64,000 nt of DNA from Circinaria calcarea (taxonomy: Eukaryota): assembly GCA_051942165.1 (NCBI GenBank), contig JAVECS010000001.1, positions 1-64,000 of the forward strand, read 5' to 3'. Positions 51,601-64,000 of the stretch are shown here, piece after piece. The position numbers were made by a program, and so were the translations under genes. The first letter of the stretch is position 1. Every line of letters starts with the position of its first letter. The notes below the pieces were generated by a model. The model did no database searches. It was not told the origin of the DNA and was given only the letters and a program-made list of their open reading frames with translations.

Positions 51601-54600
51601 GCATCCCTCTTGGGAAACACGTTCTCCTTCGCATGCATTCAGAGACTGCTCACTGGTGAATTTAACTACTCTGATGATCTAGCTCGAGACGCGCCTACAT
51701 GTCCGACAAAGGCTGCCCTGTTCACACCCGACTCGCCCGATAATGCGGTCCAGGGTCTACAAGCTTGCCTACAAGCTTATGTAGGTTTCACTTTCGAGTC
51801 CATATTGCTTCAGAATTGACTATCGAAAGATTCTTGTTCCCGGCGAAGTGGATGATGAGTTCAGATTTTCGCATGATCGATACATGCAAGCATCAGCATC
51901 CCTCAGAGAATGTCATGATGTCGAAAAAATGCACTTCATAATAGGTTAGTTACTTTACCTTCTCCTGGAGGTCTTCGGCGCAATCCTCAATCCCGTTCTA
52001 TTCCTGAGGGTGCTTGTGAGGACTCTCGTAATTTCTTGATCTTCCCCTCATCTTGTCTCCTAAGTAATATATACCGGGTCTGCTTTGCTTTGTATTTCCG
52101 TTGAAATTATAATCTCATACAAATCCTCGAATCTTTGAATGCTTACATGATTGTTTGTAGCGCAGACAATGGTCAAATATTTCAACGTAGACGAGCGCTC
52201 ACAATATTCACGCGCAAGGCATATCTGCCAGGCCGCGAGACTATTAAGGCTTCGCGTTACGCATCGCAGTCGTTTCAGAAACATGCTGCTTGAAGCTGGA
52301 AAGCAGGCCGTCGAATCCGGAGCTAGGACTTCAGGACTTTCTTACCTTGAGAATTGTCTCAATTTGATGCAGCCCGACCCTTGGAACGATAACCTACCCG
52401 ATGTATACTATAATGAAACCCTAGATGTATTTACCAGAGCTGCGGAACTATATTGGTATCAAGGCCAATCGCCAGAGGCTCGTAAACTCATCAACTCCAT
52501 ACTCGCGCATGCCCGCACTGCGGCTGATAAAGCCTCATCTTGGATTCTACTGTCGCGGCTGTTGGCTCAGAAAGGTGACTTGTCAGCTGCCTTCGACACG
52601 CTTAAGGCGAGTTTGGCTGAACTTGAGCTCGATTTTGATGGGGAGACAACTTGGGAGGCCTGCGACGAGGAGTATAAGAGATTACACGAGGAACTAGCAA
52701 ACATGGATATAGACGAATTGGTACAGATGTCAACAAGTGAAAATGTCAATGTAATTGCCATGGGATCTATCATGATGGAGGCAATGAGCGCTGCATATTG
52801 GAGCGATGCATTACTCTTTTATCAGATGGTTCTGAAGATGACAGAGGTACATCTACGACGTGGGGCCTTCACCCAGGCCGGCCTAGCGTTTACGGAATTC
52901 GCAGTCGTCGAGATGAGCCGGTTTGGTAATTCGTCTTTAAGGATGTATACCGCGGGAATCCGCCTCCTCCGCCGATTTAATGACCCTTATACGCTTGGCC
53001 GCGGGCTTACCATATCCTTACTCTTCAACGCTCATCTCAACTCACCAATCCGAGATCACCTAAACGTATTCGAGGAAGCCATTGATCACACCCTTGCAGC
53101 CGGCGACAAGATATTATTTCTGATAGCTATCGGAGGCCTTGCTATCTCGAAGCTTTACCTGGGTCAGGACATGGCTGATCTTGAGTCCTTCTGTACGTAC
53201 GCGCCGGATGACTTTGGCGACTGGAGTCACGACCTTCGAGGCGGATTAATCATCACTGCCGTAAAGCAGGTAGCTCGTTCTCTGCAAGGTAAGACCTTCA
53301 ATTCAACCGGTGAGGTGATGTCCGACAAAGACCATGACTCGAAGAAGTACATTCAGTCTGTGCGTGACCGCGCATCGAGTTCTGTAAGGCCAAGAGACAT
53401 CTATTGCTCTGTTCAGATGATACCGCTCTACATGTTTGGCTTCTATGATGAAGCCATCGAACTAGGTAATGAACTACTGCTTACGATTAATGACTTATGG
53501 AGTATTCGGAATGCGCCCCTTATATTATTCTATCTCTCTCTCTCATTGCTCGCCAAATACAGGGACAAGAGGGGTCTCCCAGATACTGATACATCGATCC
53601 TTGCCAAGGTCGCAGAATATAACAAAAAAATCAATCTTTGGCAGGTGGAAAGTTCTGTCAATTACCTCATGTGGTATTTGCTGGTTGAAGCTGAAGCGTG
53701 TGAGGTCGCTGGAAATTATGAAAAAGCAATACAGGCGTACGAAGATGCTATTGACCACACACAAATTTACGGGTTTGCTTTGGAGGAAGCCCTTGCTTAC
53801 GAGCTGCAAGGTGCTTTCTACGCCAGGAGAGGCGCTAAACGAGCCGCTCGTGCCACTGTCGAAGATGCCATTGCTGCATATGCCCGTATCCGGGCTACTG
53901 GTAAGGTTGAGCAGCTTACGAGCAAGTATCAATGGGTACTCCAAACCACAAGCCGGCCAAAAAAGGATGTGGCTGTCCAAACGGCCAAGTCAATCGGGGA
54001 CAATGAGAATACACAGTATCACATAGAAGAAAACGAACGTCAGGAGGTTCGCCATCTAGGCAAGGAAACCGCTAGCGATAGGACAGAGGCTTGGTTGAAA
54101 CCCGGTGATGGGTCCAAATTAGACGTCAAAGGCCCGCAAATAGCAGATCTTGATCTGGATATTCTGGATCTACAATCTATTCTCGAATTCAATCACGCTA
54201 TATCCTCTGAACTCCAGCTAGATCGCTTACTTGCAAAGATGACTCAAATCATACTGGAGTGCGCAGGGGCTGATTTCGCTGGCGTGGTGGTTCAATCCGA
54301 GGAGGGTGAAATGACTATGGCAGCCAGCGGGACGGTGGACGGAATCGTGGCTGATGCAGTTCCACTTATTGAAGTTGAGAGTGAAACTGTGAAGCAGGTC
54401 ATCTTCTATACTTTGCGTTTCAAAGAAACTGTCTTTGTCCAGAATATACAACGAGATGAACGATTTTCTCCAAATGCCACGTCGCCACAAGCTGTCATAT
54501 CACTACCAATCGTCAGAGGAGGTGATCAGTTTCAATTGCTAGGCGTTCTATATCTGGTAAGATTAATATACCCTATGTCTCTCGGTGAGGTTGCTACCGC

Positions 54601-56586
54601 ATGGTATATGTCAGGTACACTCTAGTGGAGGCCGCCTATGAGAGAGGAAGGCTCCCTTTTCAGAGGACCTGGTCTAACGGTTATAATAGGAAGGTCAAAC
54701 GGACTCCTTTACGGCACGTACTCTTGGTGTGCTCCGCTTGTTCTGTAACCAAGTCGGTATTTCGATTGCGAACGCCTTACTCTTTAGACGAATACGAAAG
54801 TTTTCAGCATCTAATACCTCCATGATTGAGTCTCAGAAAAGGGCCTTAGCGAAGGCTATCGAGGCCGAAAACAAAGCTAAAGTTGCCGAGGCTGAGGCTA
54901 TCCGCAATGTACGGTTAAAGGAGGAAGCAGCCAAGGCGAAGTCTATGTTCTTGGCAAACGTATCACATGAGCTCCGCACGCCTCTGAATGGGGTAATTGG
55001 CATGTCTGAATTGATCAAGGGAACATCATTGAGCCGAGAACAAGAGGGCTACGCTGATTCCATTCGGGTATGTGCCGATACGCTGCTGACCGTTATCAAC
55101 GATATTCTAGACTTCTCAAAGTTAGAGGCAGGCAAGATGAAACTTTTCAGTGTGCCATTGAACCTTCGTGAAACCATAACCGAGGTTGTCAGAGCTCTTT
55201 CCTTTACAAATCTTGAACGGGGTTTGCGGACGATCGAAGATCTGGAGGATCTGGACCATGATCTCTTGGTCATGAGTGACCCAGTACGAATTCATCAAAT
55301 CTTCATGAATCTTCTCTCAAACGCCTACAAGTTCACACCGGTTTCAGGTACAATTACAGTGAAAGCACGGAAAGAGAAAGAAGATGATAGATCCATCCAG
55401 GTTACATGCTCTGTTGCCGATACGGGCATAGGTATTACTCAAGAACAACTGAGCCGGTTATTCAAACCGTTTTCTCAGGCCGACGATAGTACGCAAAGAG
55501 CTTACGGTGGCAGCGGATTAGGTGCTTCAACCTTTCTTTCTTCAGCTTTCAACCGACACAGCTAATGGATCCAAAATAGGTTTATCAATCTGCAAAGCCT
55601 TAGTCGGGGTCTTGAAGGGGAAAATATGGCTGGAGAGCCAGATTGGCGTTGGGACAGTTGTTTCTTTCACCATCACGTTTCCAAAAGCCGTCAAGGGGGC
55701 AATCTCCAGCCGCACTTCATTCATCCCGGATACGGATCCAAGGGCCACCTGGTCAAGTGACACTGAAGTTCAAGGATTGCCAATCTCATCCATAATTGAT
55801 CTTTCCAAGATTCCTCGAGACCAAATCCGAATCTGTATTGCCGAAGATAACCCAATCAATCAAAAGATAGCGGTATCTTTCGTCAAGAAGCTTGGGTTCA
55901 AGTCCATTGCATATAATGACGGCATGGCGGCAGTGGAAGGCCTCCGTCAGAAATCACGCGAAAATTCACCTTTTCATCTCGTTCTGATGGACTGCCAAAT
56001 GCCAATATGTGATGGCTACGATGCCACTCGCTTGATTAGGCAAGACGAGGATCCTGCAGTGCGTGGCGTTTTAATCATAGCCATGACAGCCTCTGCAATC
56101 CGCGGGGACCGGGAAAAGTGCCTGGAGGCTGGCATGAATAACTATCTTGCAAAGCCAGTCAGGGCAGCGGTACTCAAGAGCATGCTTGAAGAATATCTGA
56201 GTCAACCTACAAAGACTATAACCAACATACAAGAAACGGCAAATGACTTGGCAAAGGCTGTCATTCAGGAGGTCAAAGCCAAGAAAAGCGAGAGCCAAGA
56301 TAGGTCGCTAGCAAGAACCAGTCCACTGAAGAACCCACCCTCCAAACCTTCCGGGCTGCTGTCACTTAGCATGTTGAAAGATCCGGCAACGTCCGCCGTT
56401 TTGCCTCTTCGTCGACAAAGTCTGTCGTACACTTCCTCGCCTGTAAGATCAATGCAAGGTTCCGTAGCCGACGATGAGCGAAGCCCGATTCAGAGAGATT
56501 TCCCTACCGACGACACCCAGAACCCAACTACCACAACCCATTCCTCGGACGACAACCATGCTCTAGCTAACGGGCACTACGATTGA
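48607..56586 (+). CDS. Group X hybrid histidine kinase: Ser/Thr-kinase-like + AAA ATPase + GAF + HisKA/HATPase + receiver (PhkA/Chk1/Mak2-3-like)
   Basis: Nine-exon model. Motifs [11 protein letters not shown]-loop [24 protein letters not shown]-box [31 protein letters not shown], receiver AEDNPIN...LMDCQMP...KP. Confidence 0.94.
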
Positions 56587-58375
56587 AACCAGCAGATGAA
56601 CGATAAAGGTAATGCTAGTAGAGGAACATGTCCCATTTCACTTCCATTATACACAAGTATTCACGAGCCACATATGGTCAGATCACTATGGGATTCATGG
56701 TAAGGCCGGGGTTGCATTTAGCGACAGTGTTTTAGCTGGACTATCATGGGGTTTGGCAATTATGAGGCTAGAATCTTTGTTGCGAACGGGCTCAGTCTCC
56801 AGTCTGTGTTTACGCCCTACTCTGTAATTTTGCCGTTTCTGTATATCCGGTGGGCCTTGCATTGCCATTAGAATGGATCATCACCTATCTCTAGAAAAGG
56901 CTTAGGGATTCCAAGAGCTGGGATTCTGTGATTGCATAAACTGTACATTATTTTTCCTTCAGAGAATGCATACTTAAACTTATACGCTGATGCAATTCAT
57001 GATGTTTTGGAGGGCGTCGACTTTGTTGAGCCGGAACTTCAGATACGTTGGTATAAATAAAAGACCCATCCAGAAGGGAAACCTGCAGAGTACCTGTATT
57101 TTTCAGCGCAAACCGCATGCTGAGCTGCTTCCGAGGCTTCGCTACCACTCATCCCTTACCTCCGACGTAAAGAAAAGAAAAAAGAAAAAAAATTATATAT
57201 CATGCAACACAGAGCACCGCCCTTGCTTTGATCCTCCCCTACCTCAGCTTGAAATTCCCTCCAACTAAAACGTTGTCACATCCGACCTCCTCCGTTTGAC
57301 AATCTTTTACCTCTCATCTTTCAACGATCAGCCAGACCTTTGAGCTTCCTCATACCTCCATCCCCCCGACATGCTCACCGCATACCTCCACATTCTCCGT
57401 GACCTGTCACTCCCTCCAGAAGCTCTATTATCTATTTACTCCAAGGATCTGACGGGGAAGAGGTTCGCATGCAGCGTTTACACCGGTTCGGAAAACGACA
57501 GGCTGGACAAATCCCACGGGTGGGGTTTAATGGGACGCTCTATCCAAACAAAGATGAAAATGAGGTGTCTCGATACACTGCATATTTAGGTTTGGAACTC
57601 TGCCAGCCCCAGCCAGAAAACCCCCCCTTAGCAATATTTTCCCTGAATTTCACTCCGCAAACAATAGCAAGGTGCGGACGGTTTCTAACGCCTCTTGCCT
57701 GGGTTCCAGCAACTTCTTGCATCCTTTAATCACCTTTGCTTTGTTGGGGGTAGGGGGGGTAAATATCCTACAGTTGCCCATCCACATATGGAAGTTTAGG
57801 AAGAGAAACGCAAGAATAGGGGGAAGATTTGCTAAAATTTGCCTCGAGGCGAATAGAGTATCCAAGGGATTTGACGAGATTCGAGCACTCCGGCTGAAGT
57901 ATCTGGACCGTCCCTTGAGCCTGTGCTTACCAATTTTCGGGCATGTACAACGGGAACTCCTCTATTACAGAAGTACAACCAACAGCCGTTGCAGAAACGA
58001 GACATCACATCTACCATCGGAACACACAAAGCGTAGTGATTGCTACACAAGTAAAGTATGGAGTAGGTTGGCAAAGCACGATGACACTGTAACATATTAT
58101 AAACTTAAATACATATCTTTTCCATCGTGCTTGGTCCAATCACTTTTCCTCTCGCCTCCTTCGCTTTCCACGGGTTTTAAGGGACAAGTTAGCGATACCT
58201 GCTCGCCTATGCTTATCCTCTATAGGAAGTAACTATCATAGATAGTACATGTCCACACCCAGTCGGTATGTCTTCTGGGATTTCAGCATCGATTAGAAGC
58301 CGTTCTTTCGAGCCCGAAGGTGTCATTAGGCCATAGCCATGACCAATACTATAAGACAATTTTCACTCACTCACT

Positions 58376-59574
58376 TTAAGACTTTGCTTCAATGCTTTTC
58401 TCCTTCTGTGTTTCCACTGCTAAGCCTCGGAACTTGAGCATTGCCGTATCCACTCCGCTCCACTGTCTAATCATCTTCTGTACGCCATCCGGCATGACTG
58501 CCAACCATGGGACCCATCGTGCGTAGGCTGGCTCAGCGAGACAACCTCCTCTTCCTTCATCAATCATCTTTACAAGCTTTAATGCAAGCTTCTGAACTTC
58601 GACAACAGGGCCAAAGAAGTTGGCTATCAATCCCTGCTCCACGCCATTGAACATGTCCGTAGATAGTTGACCTGGGGTCACAAGGATGGTTTTTATATTC
58701 GGATATGATTCCGAGAGTTCGGCGGAAAGGGAAGAGTGGTAGGCGATTAAGGCCGCTTTCGAAGCGGTATATGCCGAGAGGTGGGATGCACCCAGGTGTG
58801 CAAGGACAGACGAGATTGTAACAATAGTCCCACCATCCGCCCTTGATAGAAGAGGAGGTAGAAACAATGAATTGAGTCGGAAATGGGACAGAGTGTTGAC
58901 ATTGAACATTCTATGAGGCTTATCAGTAAAGATACATTACAGGCGCCTATACAGGGGGAATGACTTCTCGGCATCTTCCGGCTTCAGATTAAGGAATCGC
59001 TTTCCATCGACGGTTGCTGCGTTATTGATCAAGATGGTAGGCACACCAAGCTATTGGTTGTCAGTATGGCATGCTGAAGCCCGCTAGCCTTGCAATCGGA
59101 GAGCCTCACCTCCTCGTTGATTTGAGCCCAGGTTCTCTTCAACGCTTCTCCGTCGCCAACGTCGCACGTATAGAAATGCGCATCGCCGACTTCTTCGGCA
59201 GCGTCTGCCGTCTCGATATCAATTACCGCTACCGTGGCACGTCTCAAGGTATATATCTCCGCTATACACTTTCCCAACCCGCTCCCTCCTCCAGTGATAA
59301 CAACGATTTCCTCGTTCAAGTCAACTCCCCTCGGTTTCCCGTAGGCAATTCGCTGGCTTAGAGGAGAGATGATATTGAGGAAAGTGATGAAGATGGCCCA
59401 GCCCGTGGTGGATCGAAATTCAACCGAGCCGTAGCTATAGGCGAGAGAGCGCATACACAGCGGCAGCATCCAGACCACAAAGGGATGGAAGACGGTGACT
59501 TTGAGGGCATCGAGAATCAGGTCAATGGACAGATGCTCGTACCATCGCCTATCTGGGACGTTTGCGTAAGACAT
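58376..59574 (-). CDS. Membrane-anchored short-chain dehydrogenase/reductase (Tda5 / retinol-dehydrogenase-like)
   Basis: Three exons. N-terminal TM segments, TGGGSGLG, LINNAA, FNVN, ISS, YTASK (YxxxK). Confidence 0.9.
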
Positions 59575-59953
59575 CGTAATGACCGGCAAAGGACGGAGAG
59601 CAGTTGGAGTATCGGTTTAAAGAGGAGGAGTTCTTGCAAGGACTCAACAGGCTTTTGGTCTTCGAAGCATCGGAATTCTGCTGAAAAGGGCAGAGCCGAG
59701 AGGAGACGGTCCTTAAGACCTGCGACTGTGCCATCTGAGGCCCTGAAAGGAGTCGCGGTTTCAGCCTCCAGAGGCTCGTTTGTGTAACTTCTTTGGGTGA
59801 AATGCAACCCTACAGAGGACCCTTGGGATGTCATCTACAACCCCATATACAGTAGTGCTTGCATGACGGCCATGTTTCAGCTGCGCTGTAAATAGCCCTG
59901 ACTGCGACCAGTAGACATCCAGACTTTAACTACAACCGGCCAATTGTGAATGC

Positions 59954-59985
59954 GTTGAGTTGTTGAGTGGTTGAGTGGTTGAGTG
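59954..59985. repeat. 8-bp tandem repeat (GTTGAGTG-like x4)
   Basis: GTTGAGTT GTTGAGTG GTTGAGTG GTTGAGTG. Confidence 0.9.
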
Positions 59986-60038
59986 TGAATTCAAAGTGCC
60001 TACTGTTGATGCTTCCGTTGTGTATTTCCCACCTGTCA

Positions 60039-60878
60039 ATGCGCAAGGTGCTGCAAGGCTTCCGTGCCTTCACAATAGTTCTACTGCAAACCACCTCTCC
60101 TTCCCAAAGACTTGCACATCATCCGTCTGTAGGAAAGAAATCCTTTTCTACTTCTCGTCATCATCACTCCGTTTCTCGAGGTTCCTCTACGATGTCCTCC
60201 TCAAAGACAATACAGCAGCCGCCTCTGGTACGCTTCTATGATCCGTCCATTGCCGAGGCAGACGTCCGGGGAAGAACGCTCGACTCAATCCTCGCTTGGA
60301 GCGATGAAAAGTTGGAAGCCATTCACAATTATATTCAGACTTTATTTCCTCTGCCAGAGAAATCCGAGTACGCGTCAGCCCCGATCATCGACAAGGCAAC
60401 CTTTGAGGCATTTCGGTCCCGCCCAGAGCTACAAGCACGCTTACGGAACGCATTCGTTCGTGTGCTAAGGTTCTACGGCTTCGTCCTCACAGACAAGCAT
60501 GGACAACTCGACGTTGTACCAGGAAGGAATCCCTCTCCTGCTTACAAGAATTGGGTGAGAAATTTCAACCACAACCACCTACGAATAACCCGTATCATCC
60601 GCTCGCTGCGAATCCTCGGCTTGGAAGAGGAAGCCAAAGCTTTCTTTGCCGCACTGACGGATGTCTATGAGCAGCAGTATCCTGGTCGGATTGGTCCAAG
60701 GTCGATGATGTATTGGAAGAGAGCGGCGGAGAGGCCGTTGTCTCTAGCTCCTGCCCACGACAAGGACAATGGACAGGGAGCGGACTTTCTGTACGAATTC
60801 GAGAAGGGGCAGGAGGAGAGTGATGGAACAGGCGACGGCTACGAGAGTGACGAGGATACCAGCGGAAACAAAGACTAA
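60039..60878 (+). CDS. Opioid growth factor receptor (OGFr) conserved-domain protein
   Basis: Intronless ORF with LEAIHNYIQTLFP, LRFYGF and NHNHLRITRIIRSLRILG. In-frame ATGs at 60009, 60039 and 60192; the true start is uncertain. Confidence 0.85.
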   Translation: MRKVLQGFRAFTIVLLQTTSPSQRLAHHPSVGKKSFSTSRHHHSVSRGSSTMSSSKTIQQPPLVRFYDPSIAEADVRGRTLDSILAWSDEKLEAIHNYIQTLFPLPEKSEYASAPIIDKATFEAFRSRPELQARLRNAFVRVLRFYGFVLTDKHGQLDVVPGRNPSPAYKNWVRNFNHNHLRITRIIRSLRILGLEEEAKAFFAALTDVYEQQYPGRIGPRSMMYWKRAAERPLSLAPAHDKDNGQGADFLYEFEKGQEESDGTGDGYESDEDTSGNKD

Positions 60879-61921
60879 ACAAGTCAACAAGCTAGAACAA
60901 AGGTAGGGTATCAAAGGCGCATAGAAAGCCATACCTCTCCTCTAACCACCGCCGATAAATCAGCCTGAGTCAACGATCCAGTCGCCCAACTTGAAGTATA
61001 TCAAAACCAATAATAGAGAACCCGAAACGTCCTTCAACCCAAATTTTGATGATACCTTTGAAGGCTCCCACCTCGAAAAGCAGTATATATAAAACCACAA
61101 GTCCTCTACTTTGGATCTCCGCTATATACTCGTAATATTCAAGACCCGAATTCGATAGCAATACGGCTCCCTGGGTGTAATATGCTTTTCACAGCGCAGA
61201 CCATCAATAGCCGCCGGTATGGCCACGGGGGCCTCTGATGTCCGATAGGTTGTGGCAAATCATTAAAAGATACATCTGAGTCGAACCCTGAAGATCCGAA
61301 CACCCAAGGATATACCTCCACTCCAGAAGACGACCTTCCTATGCAGAATCATGACATGCATCGGATGCTAAGATTCCGGGGTGGGTTCGTAGATTAGGGT
61401 TCAGAATGGGCGCGGTTTAATATTATCCGTAGCCCCCGCGAGGAATTATCCGACTACATATAGTCTTGGTATGATAAGGATATCTTGGCGCACCGTTCTT
61501 AAGCGTTGGAGGGCGGTATTTCACCTCCCTCGATTAAATTTACAGTACGGTAGCTCCTTTTCCCAGGGATCCTTCAGGGGGATAGAATGCCCTTCGACTA
61601 GTTATTCTCTCCGACATAGCTCAACCGGCTTCATTCTGCTCTGGCTTGCCTCACATTTCTTGGATAGATAACCCCTGATTGCGGCGAGTTTTGATCAAGT
61701 CCCGAGATGATCTAGCTTTCTCCCCTCTCAACTCGGTCGCAATGTATAGAGCTCATAAGGTTCTAATAGCGTCGATCGATGCCTGTGCCTAGTTATACAG
61801 GGTAAAGAAGAAAAGGAAACCGCCAGGCCCTCAAGAAACATGCGTCTTTTAACCATTCTAATTCCTAGAGAAACTCTGCACCATCTAAGACATCTGCATA
61901 GCTATAACGCTGCCCTCTCCT

Positions 61922-63475
61922 TTAACGTCCATCCTTCGTGACGACCGTGCCTGTCCCCTTCCCAAGCTGACTCTCCACAATTTTCTTCATCTTTGACAAA
62001 GCCTTAGTATCGTAACCCACCGTGGGCGCCAAACCACCCAGAATCAGAAAAAGCGTTAGGATAATTGCACCAAAGACCACCATCTTCCTTTGCGCGGGAC
62101 GCTTGGCTCCATATTCCGCCCATCGACGGCTACCTTCGGTGAAGAAGCCTTTGAGGTTCTCGGCACCGAGCTTGTAGTAGACCATTCCGGCAAGGGAGAT
62201 GCTGTAACCGAAAAATTGTAGGGCAGAGACTGGCGTGCCCCAGATGGCGATAGATGCAAGGACAAGGATAATGTCCTTTAGCACACCACACAAGGTCATC
62301 ACCAAGGAAGATGTCCTACCGATCTAACGGGTTGAAGAGTATTAGTGAAGAATTCATCCAGAATGGGTCTAATAAGATAGGTATGGGCTTTACCAAGAAC
62401 ACAACGGAGACATTTAAGCCGAACGCTATCATCGCATTGGCCAAGAGCGTGAGGTAGCCAACGTGTGCTATGTCCGATAAATGGAGTTTAGGCACCTCGA
62501 AAATCATCGATGCGATCCCGTTCATTATGGCGCAAACGGGAGCGAAATAGTAAAAGGAGACTAGAGGGTCCATTTTGAATTCTGCTGATGATAGCAGCCT
62601 TTGGACCATCACTAGCCGCACAGCCTCGAAGAGAACACCGCCCAGCTGATATATGAAGCCGATCAGGACAAAATGTATTTCACCAAAGGAGGCAATGATG
62701 ACCCCCAACACGATGAGCGAAACGTTGAATAGAACGTTGAGATTTGCAGGCGCAAGTCCGAACCCCCATGTTGCAAGGAGCACTGCTACAGGGGTAGTAG
62801 CCTAGAAGTTCATCAGTATGCGAGACAGCAGTGGCTCCTTGCGGAGGAAAGCCTTGCCTTCAACATCTGAATGAATGCAACCGACAGGTATAGGTAGGTG
62901 AGATTTCCGCAGATCAGCGATAAACTGAAGAATAGTCCTATGGGGACAATGGCACGCAGGTAGATGCGCCCTGTCATTTTGACAGTTTTCCGGCCATCAA
63001 GAAGGGTTGTGGTTCGAGCGAGGATCTGTGTCATAAGAGTACCGAATGCAAGATGCCATGTCGTGAGGATAATTGCTAATATTCCCTTTTCAGTGTTTGT
63101 AGAGCTATGAGCGATTCAGAATATGAGGCTGCACATACGGAAGCCTGAAGACATGGCAAGTCAGTAATCGTGTTAGAGACCGTCAAGGCGGACAGGTGCA
63201 ACCTACGAAAACCTGCAGTATCCAAGATCCACTTGTTGAAAAGAATGACGCTTGAGCTCATCGTCATCCATGTTCTGATCTACATATCAGTATAATCGAG
63301 GCAAGTGAATGGTAGCAGATATCTACACCTACACAACGTAGACAGCTGGATGTATGGAGGATTGTGGGGGTGCTGGTTTCTCCACTGCCGGATTGACAGT
63401 GGGTAGTATCGACGAAGATGCCTCGGGCCTTGGGACATCGCCCGAGAGGCGCTGCTTCTCTTCCACCGCCGACAT
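61922..63475 (-). CDS. Triose-phosphate / nucleotide-sugar transporter family protein (TPT/SLC35, DUF250-type)
   Basis: Six-exon model including microexon 63144-63139 and a GC-AG intron 62857-62802. Motifs VILFNKWIL, FPIILTTWHL, YLYLSVAFIQMLKATTPVAV, MDPLVSFYYFAP, CGVLKDI. Confidence 0.93.
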
Positions 63476-64000
63476 ACTGAGAGGAGAAAGTTGAGAGTTA
63501 AAGAAGGACTGGATGCTGAACGGGCGCGACCGTTCAAGGCTGCCGACGCCAACCAGATTTGCAGGAAAATGAAGGAACTGGATTCTACTGCAATGTCGTC
63601 AATACATATGTCCGAAAGAGGATCTTAAGGATGCAGGAAGCATGGTCTGCACCAAGGTAATCGGCAGAGGTTGGGGGTTCTTTTCCGTACCGTATCCATG
63701 GGGCTCGCTAGCCTTGGTATTTTATCTCCAGATTCAGACATAATAGATGTTAGCACGGTTGTCTTCACGATAAGCATAAAAGGCCCGAACCACAATTTAA
63801 TTTTATCCCAGAGACCGGAATAGGTACCGGAGGATACCCTTCATATTACACCTCCTTTTTTACCTCGGGAAATATGCTAAGATGCTTGGGTTTACAGGGC
63901 TTGATCGAAGAGGCTATGACTGCGGCGACAGTACGGTACAGATTCACAGTCTACAGCAGTGTCAGGAGAGCTCAATGAAAAGATAGTTACCTTTCTGGAC

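Noticed and set aside
60900..61900. Short ORF fragments between the OGFr-domain and TPT genes
   Set aside because: Frequent stops and no recognisable family; could be UTR or a relic, but unsupported.

Overview
Eukaryotic, intron-rich genomic DNA from a filamentous ascomycete (Pezizomycotina; short GT-AG introns with CTRAC branch sites). I can model 18 protein-coding genes by hand. The conserved genes are RPL27 (3' end outside the window), a ~2140-aa coiled-coil protein, a SWIB/Snf12-Rsc6 subunit, a PAS-type hybrid histidine kinase (PhkB/HHK2-like), HymA/MO25, a PRMT3/RmtB-like methyltransferase, an OPT transporter, Rav1, Sfi1, a tiny twin-CX9C NDUFAF8-like gene absent from the ORF track, cytosolic IleRS, a group X kinase-AAA-GAF hybrid histidine kinase (PhkA/Chk1-like), an SDR, an OGFr-domain protein and a TPT/SLC35 transporter. 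An ~11-kb accessory-looking interval (about 9.7-20.6 kb) carries a CYP52-like P450 with a non-canonical I-helix, a frameshifted Pth11-like membrane-protein gene and an O-methyltransferase, but no backbone synthase. The most notable non-coding or cryptic signals are a ~99-bp near-perfect hairpin (18602-18700), a multi-branched foldback closed by a perfect 14-bp stem in the hymA/rmtB divergent spacer (30133-30228), three required GC-AG introns, a 6-nt microexon, and a candidate dual-start mitochondrial presequence on the OGFr-domain gene. I saw no rRNA, tRNA, CRISPR array or intact transposon. All gene names come from motif recognition, not database searches, and I cannot show that any of these signals is a new system.
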